Position numbers and translations under genes: made by a program. The notes under the pieces are model-generated. The model was not told where the DNA came from and did not search any database. It saw only the letters and a program-made list of their open reading frames with translations. Shown in pieces: positions 12,886 through 24,981 of a DNA stretch of 64,000 bases. Origin of the DNA: Okamejei kenojei (lineage: Eukaryota); the NCBI GenBank assembly GCA_035221665.1, contig CM069145.1, forward strand, positions 57,040,001-57,104,000. Reading direction: 5' to 3'. How positions within the stretch are numbered: position 1 is the stretch's first letter; the number at the start of each line of letters is the position of its first letter.

Positions 12886-13206
12886 GAAAACAACCGACCC
12901 CACCAATCATCAACCTCTTCTACTCTGCATCTGAGGAACAAAAGGCAAAGGGTTTTGTCGAACTGATTTGTCTCATCGGCGAATATCAGTCCCAAGACAT
13001 CAGGGTGAACTGGCAGAAAAACGGACAGGCCGTACAGTCCGGTTTTACCACTGCGCCCCCAGCTGAAACTGCAGACGGGACGTTTACGTCGACTAGTGTG
13101 TTCAAAGTGCCGCTTAACGACTGGGCCAGCGGTTCCCTATACTCCTGCCAAGTATCCAACTCTGCAACCGGCAGCACCGTCCAAAAAGACATTCAAACGA
13201 CGTCAG
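12886..13206 (+). CDS. IgNAR: IgNAR constant exon C1
   Basis: ttcag| acceptor, |gtaaag donor, phase 1 both ends. C1-set Ig domain (LICLI..VNWQKN..W..GSLYSCQV) closely resembling shark IgNAR C1 as recalled. Confidence 0.96.
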
Positions 13207-13593
13207 GTAAAGGGTGGCCGTTAATTCATAGATGAAGCAATTCTAGTTACAACTTCAATATTTGAATAGTTATGACGTAACTCAAGTACACACAGAATTG
13301 CGACATGCACGAAGTTAATAAAGAATTGCTATGTTAAGTTGTTATCATGTAACCCATTACTTGTGAAATCATAACCACACAAGATCATAAGTGATAGGAG
13401 CACAATTAGGCCATTCGGCCCATCAAGTCTAGTCCGCCATAGATGGTTGATCTATCTCTCCCTCCTAACCCCATTCTCCCGCCCTCTCCCAATAATCTCT
13501 GATACACGTACATATCAAAAACGGTTGAAATTTAGCTTCTTGCCTAATATCTGATTCACCACCAATAAATCACTGTCTCAATGTCATTGCCAG

Positions 13594-13896
13594 ACCTCGC
13601 AATACTTCTCAGAGATCCCACCGTCGAAGAAATCTGGATCAACAAAACTGCAACCCTGGTCTGTGAAGTGATCTCCACAGCTCCGACTGAAGTTGCTATA
13701 TCTTGGACAGTGGGTGGAAAGGAAAGAGTTGCTGGTATTCAAACCGAGCAAGCTCCCAAGGCCGGGAACCAGTACCTGACGATCGGCCGCTTGACCAGCA
13801 ACCTCGCAGAATGGGACAGCGGAGTGGAGTACTTGTGCTCGGCGCGGGACCATCAATCAGCTACTCCGGTATCACAGCGGACACGAAAGGCTAAAG
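13594..13896 (+). CDS. IgNAR: IgNAR constant exon C2
   Basis: gccag| acceptor, |gtgcgt donor. LLRDPTVEEIWINKTATLVCEV...GNQYLTI..EWDSGVEYLCSA is characteristic of IgNAR C2. Confidence 0.96.
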
Positions 13897-14149
13897 GTGC
13901 GTGCAATAACAACAATGAAAATGCAAAACGGTGTACATACTGACCTAGCAAGAAAACTAATGGAAGTCAGATTACAGAGGTAAACATGCATGAAGATGAG
14001 GGGGGGGGGGGGGGGGGCTGATAGATGTCAGGGCGAAAGTGGGAAATTATCAATTGATTCACCTGTAATTTAGTTCGTTTAGATGGACAGCATCGAAACA
14101 CCATTAGGTCTACCAAATCCACGTTGACCATCGATCATCCGGTAACACT

Positions 14150-15705
14150 TTCCAGGTCCTGACAGGATATTCCCTAGGACATTGAGGGAAGTTAGTGTAG
14201 AAATAGCAGGAGCTATGACAGAAATATTTCAAATGTCATTAGAAACGGGAATAGTGCCGGAGGATTGGCGTACTGCGCATGTTGTTCCATTGTTTAAAAA
14301 GGGTTCAAAGAATAAACCTAGCAATTATAGACCTATTAGTTTGACGTCAGTGGTGGGCAAATTAATGGAAAGGATACTTAGAGATAATATATATAAGCAT
14401 CTGGATAAACAGGGTCTGATCAGGTACAGTCAACATGGATTTATGCCTGGAAGGTCATGTTTGACAAACCTTCTTGAATTTTTTGAAGCGGTAACTAGGG
14501 AAATTGATGAGGGTAAAGCAGTGGATGTTGTCTATATGGATTTCAGTAAGGCCTTTGACAAGGTTCCCCATGGAAGGTTGGTTAAGAAGGTTCAATCTTT
14601 GGGGTGTTAATGGCGGAGTAGCAAGATGGATTCAACAGTGGCTGAATGGGAGAGTCAGAGAGTAATGGTGGATGGCTGTTTGTCAGGTTGGAAGCCGGTG
14701 CCCAGTGGGGTGCCTCAGGGATCTGTGTTGGGTCCACTGTTGTTTGTCATGTACATCAATGATCTGGATGATGGGGTGGAAAACTGGATAAGTAAGTATG
14801 CAGATGATACTAAGATAGGTGGTGTTGTGGATAATGAAGTAGATTTTCAAAGTCTACAGAGAGATTTGGGCCATTTGGAAAAGCGGGCTGAAAGATGGCA
14901 GATGGAGTTTAATGGTGATAAGTGTGAAGTGCTACATCTTGGCAGGACAAATCAAAATAGGACGTACATGGTAAATGGTAGGGAATTGAGGAATGCTGTG
15001 GAACAGAGGGATCTAGGAATAACTGTGCATAGTTCCCTGAAGGTGGAATCTCATGTAGATAGGGTGGTAAAGAAAGCCTTTGGTGTGCTGGCCTTTATAA
15101 ATCAGAGCATTGAATATAGTTAAAATTGTACAAGGCATTGGTAAGACCAATTCTGGAGTATGGTGTACAATTTTGGTCGCCTAGTTATAGGAAGGATGTC
15201 AACAAAATAGAGAGAGTACAGGGGAGATTTACTAGAATGTTGCCAGGGTTCCAGAACTATGTTTACAGAGAAAGGTTGAACAAGTTAGGTCTTTATTCTT
15301 TGGAGCGCAGAAGGTTAAGGGGGACTTGATTGAGGTCTTTAAAATGATGAAAGGGATGGACAGAGTTGACGTGGATTACGTTTTTCCCATTGAGGGTAGG
15401 GAAGATTCAAACAAGAGGGCATGACATGAGAATTAAGGGACAGAGGTTTCGGGGTAACGTGAGGGGGAACTTCTTTACTCAGAGGGTGGTGGCTGTGTGG
15501 AATCAGCTTCCAGCAGAAGTGGTGGAGGCATGATCGATTTTAACATTTAAGAGTAAAGTGGATAGGTATATGGACGTGAAGGGAATGGAGGGGTATGGTC
15601 TGAGTGCAGGTAGATGGGACTAGGGGAAAACAAATGGTCGGCACGGACTGGAAGGGCCGAGAGGGCCTGTTTCCGTGCTGTAATTGTTATATGGTTATAT
15701 GGTTA
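14150..15705 (+). mobile_element. 5'-truncated CR1 LINE
   Basis: ORFs 14182-15329 with NYRPISLTS, DFSKAFDKVPH, YADDTK; frameshifted; (tatggtta)n tail. Confidence 0.95.
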
Positions 15706-16926
15706 ACACTTGTTCTCCCATATCCGCATACATTCCCAACACATTTTTACAAAGGCCAATTAACCTACAAACCCACGCGTTTTGCGGAAAACAGAGCAAT
15801 GGAAGGAAACCCACACAGGCATAAGGAGAACATATAAACTCCATACGGAGAGCAACTGAGGTAGGGATCTAACTCGGGTTCTGGCACTCCGAGGAAGCAC
15901 TTCCACCAGCTGCGCTACGGTGCCGCCCTGGTGTTTCTAATGTTTTGTTGAACTGAACTGTTTGATCATTTGATCAATTGAGTCCTGCAGCATAGCATCG
16001 GGCCCTTCGGGCAACTGAACACCAAAGTGAGCTGATACTTATTGACACTACTTCTACACTAAATCTATTTTATTTTGCCATAGCTTCAATAACTCCTCTA
16101 CCGCCCACCTTCACACTCCTGATAATTTTCAATGGCCGATCAAACAAACAGTGTTTGGTCTTTGCAAAGTGGAACCAGAGCACGCAAAACATTTTCTTCC
16201 CAGCTTAAATAAATAATCCTTTAGTATAGATGCAACAGCGAGGGGGAAGACTTTTGAATATTTATCCATACTATGTTTCTCTCCATGTTATATGCCTTTA
16301 TCATCTCACCCTCTGCTTCACCGAAGACAAACAAGACCTATCAAACTTCCCCCAATAAATAAAGTCAGCTAATTAAGGCAACATCTGGTGCATTTCACCT
16401 GCGTTCTCTTCCGCGCTGTGATATCCGTCCTACTGCTTGGGGCCAAGAACTGCCATCAATATTCCAATCGTCGCCTAACATATACCTAACATGTATTTTG
16501 GAAAGTTGATATGTAACTTTCCAACTTGTATGCCCTAACCGATGAAAACGGTTAAGCCACACTCCACTGTCCTGTCTATCCGAGTCGCTACTTTAGAGAA
16601 ACTATAAACTTTAACGTTAAAGTCTTTCACTTCATCAATGTTCCTCAATGACTTATCACCTACCGTATATGTCCCCCAACGCTATTATTTCCCAAAATGC
16701 ATCTAGTCGCATTCGTCGGGGTTGAACTCCATCTATTAATTATTTGCCTATTTTCACTCTGATATGTTCCTTGTGTAGCCATAAGTAACCTTCCTGGTTC
16801 CCTAAATATATAGAGCATCATTTCATCACTGCTGTCAAGAGTCAAGAGTGGTTTATTGTCATGTGGAATCCCGGAACAGAACAAACAATTATTGGAAGTA
16901 TAATGCTGCTTTACTTTCCCTTCTAG

Positions 16927-17244
16927 CCAAACCAGTGCAACCAACAATCCGTCTCTTGCCGCCATCTCCGGAGGAGATTCAAAGTACTAACACCGCGACA
17001 CTGACATGTTTGATCACAGAATTCTATCCAAACGATATAACCGTTTCCTGGGAGAAAGACGGAGCCGCATTCCGCTCTAACGTTACCAACTTCCCCGCGG
17101 CGCTGGAACAGGACAAGACTTTCAGCGCAAAGAGCCTTCTCTTTTTGACAGCAACCGATTGGAAGAAAGGAGAAACATACTCATGTATAGCCTCGCACCT
17201 CCCTTCACAATCCACCCTGAAGCGAAGAATCCGGATCCCGAAAG
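16927..17244 (+). CDS. IgNAR: IgNAR constant exon C3
   Basis: ttcccttctag| acceptor, |gtaaag donor. RLLPPSPEEIQST..ATLTCLI..NVTNFP.ALEQD.TFS matches IgNAR C3. Confidence 0.96.
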
Positions 17245-17296
17245 GTAAAGACAACATGTCAAAATACACACAGCCAATATGCGTACTTCATCGGGA

Positions 17297-17364
17297 GTCA
17301 GCAGGTAAATTCCACCAAAGGTCTCCAATGGTCAGCAGGTAAATTCCACCAAAGGTCTCCAATG
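17297..17364 (+). repeat. Exact 34-bp tandem duplication
   Basis: gtcagcaggtaaattccaccaaaggtctccaatg occurs at 17297-17330 and 17331-17364. Confidence 0.95.
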
Positions 17365-18250
17365 ATCAGATCGAGAGTACTGGGAGACCAGGTTGATCGG
17401 TTTGTTTTAAGCACGGGAGGAGTATTCGGGCTCTCTGAAGGTCCGGTATAATAAAATCAACCGAAATACCGCATATATTATCGGACATCTGCTTCATACG
17501 GGGAGACCAATTGCATGAGAAATTTTAAAGTGCCCCACGAGTGATAGGATCCCAATAGGGTGTAGCATGAACAGTATATATTGGTCGTAATTCAGGAATG
17601 GCACCGTGTATGAAGCCTTCCTTGGCGTCTTCGAATATAATCCACGATCAAGGAGTAATGGATCACACTTGTAATCAGACTCCTCTCCGTTAAGGTAGAA
17701 CGTGATCCATGCATATAAATTGACGCGACGTTAGCCAGTAGATAGATAAGTAAACTCTGTTCAATCTATTAGATGATCGATGGGGTGAATGGCCTAATTC
17801 TACTATTGTGTCTTGTGGTTTTCTGACATAATGAGGTGATAAATAAGATGATTAAATGGCAAACTTTGAGAATCCAGTCACTGGAATACACTCTTCAGCA
17901 GCCTGGCGATGTTCGATTATTTTAGATTCATTGATTGGAGGCAAAACGTAGGCGCAGCTATATATTGTGAAGTAATGCGCATGCCAAGTATCGAAGCCCA
18001 TCGATCACCCGCGGCAGTTGGTCAGCATGACATAAACAAAGTATTGATGTAATACCCACGATGTGACGAGTGACAATTAGTCGCATCATTTCATTTTGTT
18101 CCTAATTGTGATCATGGTCATTCCTCTGGACTTCAGACTTCGTCACTTACTGAAAGTGAATTCCCTTTCTGACGCTTGGTGGCGTCCAGGCTTTCTGTGA
18201 CCTACTGCCTTGACGTGGCAATAAGGCATGTCTCCATCCAGGATCAGGAG

Positions 18251-18389
18251 NNNNNNNNNNNNNNNNNNNNNNNNNNNNNNNNNNNNNNNNNNNNNNNNNN
18301 NNNNNNNNNNNNNNNNNNNNNNNNNNNNNNNNNNNNNNNNNNNNNNNNNNNNNNNNNNNNNNNNNNNNNNNNNNNNNNNNNNNNNNNNN
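18251..18389. other. Assembly gap (N run) in the C3-C4 intron
   Basis: Run of N characters. Confidence 1.
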
Positions 18390-18799
18390 TAAATAGCGGT
18401 ACTCACGAAGGAAAATATGTTAATTTAAATGCGGGAGTTATTTACGCCATGGGATCCCAATCCACAGGGAAGACAGTATACAAGTTGGCGATATGCAGAG
18501 TGCTGTGCTGCCGACTACAAATTCGGAAGGTTCAGAAGGTATACAAGACAATAAATGTTGGAATAATGACCTGTCAATCGTATCATTTAACCGCTTCCTG
18601 GGAGATATAATCGTATCGTCGTAATCGGATCATATCTTGCACCAACGCAAATGATGGCGACCATCATAGTATAATCCCAAGGGCTCTCAATAATTTTAGT
18701 TTAGATTACTTTAGTTTATTCGTGTCACGTGTCCGAGATACAGTGAAAAGCATTTTAGTTGCGTGCTATCCAGTCAACGAAAGCGCTATACGTGATTAG

Positions 18800-19350
18800 G
18801 ATTTAAGTAGAAGAGCAAAGAGGTCCTTCACCAGTTGTATCGGGCCATGGTGAGGCCACGCCTGGAATATTGTGTGCATTTTTGGTCTCCTAATTTGAGG
18901 AAGGACATTCTTGCCATTGAGGGAGTGCCGCGTAGGTTCACGAGGTTAATTCCCGGGATGGCCGAAGGGCCGAATGGCCTACTCCTGCACCTATTTCCTA
19001 TGATTCTATGATTCTATGATTCTATGATTCTATGATTCTATGATGACGAGACTGTCATTTCAAGAAAGAATGGAACGACTGGGCTTGTATTCACTGAGGT
19101 TGAGAAGGATGAGAGGAGATCTTATGGAAACATGTAACATTATTAAGGGATTGGACACGCTAGATGCAGGAAACATGTCTCCGATGTTGTGGGAGTCCAG
19201 AAACAGGGGCCACGGTTTAAGAATAAGGGGTGGGCCATTTAGAACTGAGATGAGGAAAATCCTTTTCACCCAGAGAGTTGTGAATTTGTGGAATTTTCTG
19301 CTTCAGAAGGCAGTGGGGGGACGATACACTGGATGCATTCAAAATGGATG
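18800..19350 (+). mobile_element. CR1 fragment interrupted by a second CR1 3' tail with (tatgattc)n
   Basis: RPRLEYCVHFWSP coding remnant, tail insert ~18960-19043, then ERMERLGLYSL continues. Confidence 0.85.
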
Positions 19351-21961
19351 TTTAGGTCAGAAGTCGGCATGTTGTTCAACTCCATTCTCAACACTTTAAC
19401 AAATGCCATTGTTCATGCCTGTGTAAATAAAGTTCCATGCCATATTCCAATTTGTGCTGCCATTTTCAAAACTACAGTTTGGACAACCTACACTTGATTT
19501 GCAATAGTTCATGCCCAAGGATACGAGGACATCTCTGAACACCAATATCTCAGTCTCTGGAGACACAAGAAACTGTAGATACTGGATGTTTCAGCAAAAC
19601 ACTAAGTGCTGCAGGAAGAACTCACCGGTTCATGCAGCATCTGTGCAGGGAATGGACAGACAAGACGGGATGCATCTTCAGTCTCATTGTCCATTCCCTC
19701 CCCAAATGCTGTCTGACTTTCCGATTCTTGCAACACTTTTTACCCTTCAGTCTATGGCCAGCTTACTCTATCTTTCAATTTGCTTCTAGCAAAGTCGATA
19801 TCGTCACGTATTTTCACATTATTTTTTTATCTACGAAGCATCTATCCATTTATTGAACGTCTTCATCCCAGTAAATCCTACATACGCCCCAGACTTGCAT
19901 AGAACATGCACCGAGCAAGTGTAGCAGCATTTAATCTAATCCCCAAATCAAAGAATTGAAATGGATTGAGAGCACCCAATGCTGATCTGCGTGATACCAT
20001 GTTGGCCTCAGCTCACTCGACCACGAACCATTATTTACTGCCCCACTGGAGCACAATGGTTGCACTGTCTACCATCTACAAGATGCGCAGCTATTATTCA
20101 CCCATGCAATACTGACAACCACCTCCCAAGCCTCAGACATCAGATGGACATGTGCTTTGTAATTTCGGGAATGCACTTACTTGCATGTTCTCCTCCACGC
20201 TCACACATTCTGCCTTGCAAATATCTCGTTTTTCATCTTCGCTTGGTTCATAGCCTGATACTCTAGCATACCCTACAACCTGGCATACCCTACAGAACAG
20301 ACGTTGGACTGCAACAGTTGAACAAAGCAGCACATGTCAGTGATGATTATGGAACTTTACAATCTCCTACCAACGCTGAGTTACTTATAACTGTTTGCAA
20401 TTACAATGGATTTCAGCGCTAGTGCATTGCTTTAATATTGTCTGGTGTACTGAGAAACAGTGTAAAACTCTGCCTGCACGTTGTACAGCAAATCGCATTA
20501 TAATGAATACACTCACGTCGTATACAACTACATCAGGTAGTGCAAAGTGAAAGATACCAGGATATAATAGAACTCGGCTGGATATTTGGGACACCTTTCC
20601 ACTTTCTGAACACGTTTAATTGGACGATTCGTATGTATTTTCGTTTGTCTGCTATCTTACCAATACAGTTACCAGTTCGCAACCAAACCCCACCCCATCC
20701 TAACCCCCCAGCCCCACCCCCTCACACCTCCTCTCTCTACGCCTAACTACCCTTAATATCGTCATTCGGCGCCAGGCAGTACAGAACAGTTACTATAAAT
20801 CAAAATATACGTCTTTAAATATGACAGATCTTGTAAGGAGCGTTGTGATATTTAAGGATTTATGGCAATCAAGTCAGCTAAATCTGAGAGCTTCTACCCT
20901 CTTCAGGACATCAACGACCACAATGCCATCTATGCTAGTGGCATAGAGGGCGAATTTTACGGAGAACCTATTTAAAAAAACACTGTGCTTTATCCAACCT
21001 GCTGGAAATTAAACATTGCCATTGTCGATAGACAATAGACAATAGACAATAGACAATAAACAATAGACAATACACAATAGGTGCAGGGGTAGGCCATTCG
21101 GCCCTTCGAGCCAGCACCGCCATTCAATGTGATCATGGCTGTTCATACCCAATCAGTACCTCGTCCCTGCCTTCTCCCCATATCCCCTGATTCCGCTATT
21201 TTTCCGCTTTTTTTGCCGTTGTCGATGAATACATTGTTGTAATTTAAATAATTTCTGGTGTAATTAATTTGGTAAGAACACCCGGAGAAATCATTCGCAC
21301 TGTTGTGTTTGAACAAGTGATCATGTAAGAAACTACAGTGATGCTTCAATTTGAGATTAAAGACACGGTTTGCCATTTCTGATTATTTCACCACGAACAT
21401 AATATTGAACAGATTCAAAAAGTCACTTCATAAACCGAGGATGTATTGAATGTCAACCCACCACCACCACCTAATGTAGGAAATCACTGTCAAACATCGC
21501 GATTGGGCACTGAGCGCAACTTTCGATTTACTCGCCCCCTTCGGTTAAGGAGGATTTAGAATTAAATTGGAAAATGAAAGAGAGAACCGATTTGGTCGTT
21601 TTGTGTGAACCATTTTATGACCGGCCGCGTTCAGGCCAGTGGTAAATGCTGACAGTCTTCAGACAAACGAGTGAGTGAATGCTTGCATTCCCGGAATGCG
21701 ATAAATCGGTTCTAGTTAAAGTCAGGTCGTGTAATTCTTGCACTGCGGTATAAGTGAATGGAAATATTACTAAGGACATCAACCTAAGAAGACAGGAACC
21801 AAGGCACGAAGGGGGAAGGAGCCTTCTTAGCTAACCAGAAATCAATGGAGGATACGCAGTAAGTAGAATTAATAGTTACACTTAAACCGGTTACAGTTGT
21901 TATTATGCGCAGCTTCAACATTTCGGAAGGAGAATAACCACTCCCATTTATTTTCTGCCAG

Positions 21962-22282
21962 AAGACTGCGACGTGGTTGACATCAATGCTGCCATACAAA
22001 CACCTTCATTTGAGGAGATCTGGACGCTTAAGAAAGCAACTGTTGTTTGTGAAGTCGTTTACACCGATTTGCAGAACGTCAAGGTCTCGTGGCGAGTGAA
22101 TGGGAGTCTGAGAATGGAAGGAGTACAGACTAAGGATCCTGAGTGGAGGGGAAGTGAATTTGCCATCGTCAGCAAGCTGAAGGTCAGCGTCGAAGAGTGG
22201 GAAAGTGGGGTTGAATACCAGTGTTTTGTAGAAGACAATGATCTGCCAACACCAGTGAAAGTCTCCACGAAAAGCTCCAAGG
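21962..22282 (+). CDS. IgNAR: IgNAR constant exon C4
   Basis: ttttctgccag| acceptor, |gtaagc donor. (E)DCDVVDI..FEEIWT..ATVVCEVVYTDL..PEW.GS..IVSKLKV..EWESGVEYQC; extra N-terminal Cys as in IgNAR C4. Confidence 0.96.
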
Positions 22283-23174
22283 GTAAGCACAGTTAACAGT
22301 CGTTCAGAGCCATTATAGTCCATGCAATAAAGTCTGAGACATGGACCATCCCGCGCCGAGGTGATAGAATGAAAATAACAGAATTGTCCTTTAGCTTATA
22401 CTTCACGCCCTACATTTAGCAGCGAATGGCAACCCATCAGAATAGGACGTTCAGGGCACCCGTGCCAGCATAGATGGGGAGGGGGGGGGGGGGGGGGTTG
22501 TGGCGCAGCTGATAAAGCGGTTGTCTCACAATGCCAGAGACGCGGGTTCGATCCTGACATCCGGTGCTCTGTGCCTGGCGATTGCACGTTCGCACTGTGA
22601 CCACGTGCCCCCCGGTGCCCCGCTTTGTCACCACATACAAATGACGCGCTGGTGCGTAGGGTAATTGCCCTCTGTAAATTGCCAATATGATTGATGATTG
22701 ATGAGAAACTGGGATCACATAAAACGATGGTGAACGGGTGATCGATGGTAGGCGTAGCGCGATTGGCCTAAGGGCCCTTTCCTGTGAAACTATCTGAACG
22801 TATCTGAAACAAAAAAATATAGGCTTCCGCAGACAGGAAAGAATACGTTTCTAAATGTTAAACTTTCTGTTCCACAGGGGGAAATGCAATACATCATATA
22901 TTTGGCGAGAGCATAAGTACCGGGTGATCTCCTCATTTGTTGCTTTCATTGATATTTGAACGCCCCGAATCTAGCAAAAAGATGGAATGGGAAGTGTAGG
23001 TCATAGATAGAACAGCATATCAGAAAAAAGATCCGAACTGAACCATCACTTGTCTATTCCCCTCCATAGATGCTACCTGATCCGCTCAGTTCCTCCAACA
23101 GTTTGTAATTTACTTAAGATTCGAGCATCTGCAAATCATCGTGTCTTTTTCACCGGGTTTTGTTCTCTTTCCAG

Positions 23175-23557
23175 TTACCGAAATGGAACGTCCTAAAGTC
23201 TACCTGCTGCACCCATCATCGGAAGAGATCCAAGCCGAGAAAGTTGCCACAATAGTTTGCCTCGCCACCGGGTTTTACCCGTCAGACATATACGTCGCCT
23301 GGATGGCCAATGACATCCTTTTGGATTCGGGTTACACCATCCATCTTGACACAGACAAGGAAAACGGCTCCAGCTCAGTTGCCAGCAAGTTAAAAGTGAC
23401 TTCTGAGGACTGGGAGAAGGGGACCACCTTTAGCTGTTTGGTTGGACACCCGTCCCTCGCAACGAATTTAGTCAGAAGTATCAATAAGGCTCACGGTAAA
23501 CCTACTTTAGTTAATGTGTCACTCGTTGTGACCGACAGTTTTAAATCGTGCATCTAA
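23175..23557 (+). CDS. IgNAR: IgNAR constant exon C5 plus secretory tailpiece
   Basis: ctctttccag| acceptor. PKVYLLHPS.EEI..ATIVCLATGFYP..TFSCLVGHPSL; internal donor cacg|gtaaa at 23495/23496; tail GKPTLVNVSLVVTDSFKSCI* with NVS sequon and penultimate Cys. Confidence 0.96.
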
Positions 23558-23832
23558 CTCTCTGTGATTCATGTCTAATGCTTGGAAGCATAGCCTTGCG
23601 TCGCTGTGTGAGCTTCTGAGTCCGCGGTCTCCTTTGTATCCCATACCATGTCACCCTGCAGATTATCCGACAAATAGCAAACTTTCCCAAATTTCATCAA
23701 TCACAGAAAACTATGACGAGAATATGTAAAAAATATAACGGTCCAGGTTGTGCTGTAATGTTGAGAATGCTTCAGATATGTTGTTAAATAGGTGGGACAT
23801 TGCGCTTTTTATTGTCTGTGGCTTGATATTGC

Positions 23833-23895
23833 AATAAATGCAGAATGAAAAACTTCTGGTTTGTCTTTGTCTTTGTTTTTGTCTTTTGTCTTTGC
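23833..23895 (+). terminator. Poly(A) signal of the secreted-form mRNA
   Basis: AATAAA at 23833-23838, followed ~22 nt later by a GT/T-rich element (tttgtctttgtctttgtttttgtc). Confidence 0.8.
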
Positions 23896-24981
23896 AATTA
23901 AGAGGAAGCATGACTGAGTCCAAAGTAATAACTTCCCTCATATGAAGGAAAACGTCTATGCTCTCGCTTTTTCGGAGACTGGGATGATGAGGCGGGTCGA
24001 TGTAGTGAGAATTACTCAGCTTACTCAGATCCTCGCACACCATAGCAGCTCAGATTCTAGAGTTTGTTTAATTTTCTTGACGTATTTGTGCAAGGACGAT
24101 CTCGTATCAGAATTAACGAATAAGAGTGAATAGATATTGCTTTAAAATTTCGATTGAAAATATCACCGAATCTGGTGGTTTTCTGGTTTCATTCTTATCC
24201 AACGATGGTGTGAATATTTCCTGCAAAGACTCGCCTTCCCACCCGGATAATTTCTGTAAATTTTGACAAGTAAATATTTGTATTTCCCTCATTTGCTTTA
24301 TGAATGCATACTGCCATTTTGCTATAATCACACACCGAACCCCACGAGACCCCACTTAAAACTGAATTCCCTCGCCTCGCGGGACTGCACCCTTTATTTT
24401 ACACGGTTTGTACGTTCTCCCAGTGACCTCATGGATTTTCTTAGGGTGCTCCGGTTTCCAGCCACATTCGAAGGACGCGTAGCTCTGGAGGTTAATAGTA
24501 AGATTAAACCAGAACTTACCAGTTCGAAGTTTGATCCTTATTTTATGAGGAGTGACGTTGAGGGATTACGTGCCCTCCGCCCCCATCTCATAATCTAAGA
24601 GATCATCTGGTAGTTCTAGTCTTCTACGAGCCTTACTATGTTACTTCGGCTATTTGTTTTCTGTGTTTTCACGCCGCTGCTTTGAAGTATGACGCGCATG
24701 CGCCTGGCGGGGCTTCTTCACGTAATCTCTCAACGTCACTCCTCATAAAATAAGGATCAAACTTCGAACTGGTAAGTTCTCGTTTAATCTTACTATTTTA
24801 CTTCGGAGTCACGTGAGTGACTACGTGAAGATTTCAAAGCTCTGTGTTTGCATACCGCAGATGCACTCCATACGACAAGCTGCTTCGGTTGACACAGTAG
24901 TAAAATAAAGAAGATATTGAACATTGCATGAATAATTCAATAACGATTTTAATAATAACAAACAGAGTAATAACCCCGGGC

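Noticed and set aside
18251-18389. Gap possibly hiding a C exon
   Set aside because: All five IgNAR C domains are already accounted for in order; the true gap content is unknown.
18995-19045. Short tandem arrays (tatgattc)n, (caataga)n, (acatagaa)n
   Set aside because: CR1 3' microsatellite tails; no spacers, so not CRISPR-like.
12886-23557. IgM or IgW assignment
   Set aside because: Five C domains, a YGAGT J motif and domain-by-domain resemblance to IgNAR C1-C5 fit IgNAR; IgM has four C domains and a WGxG J.
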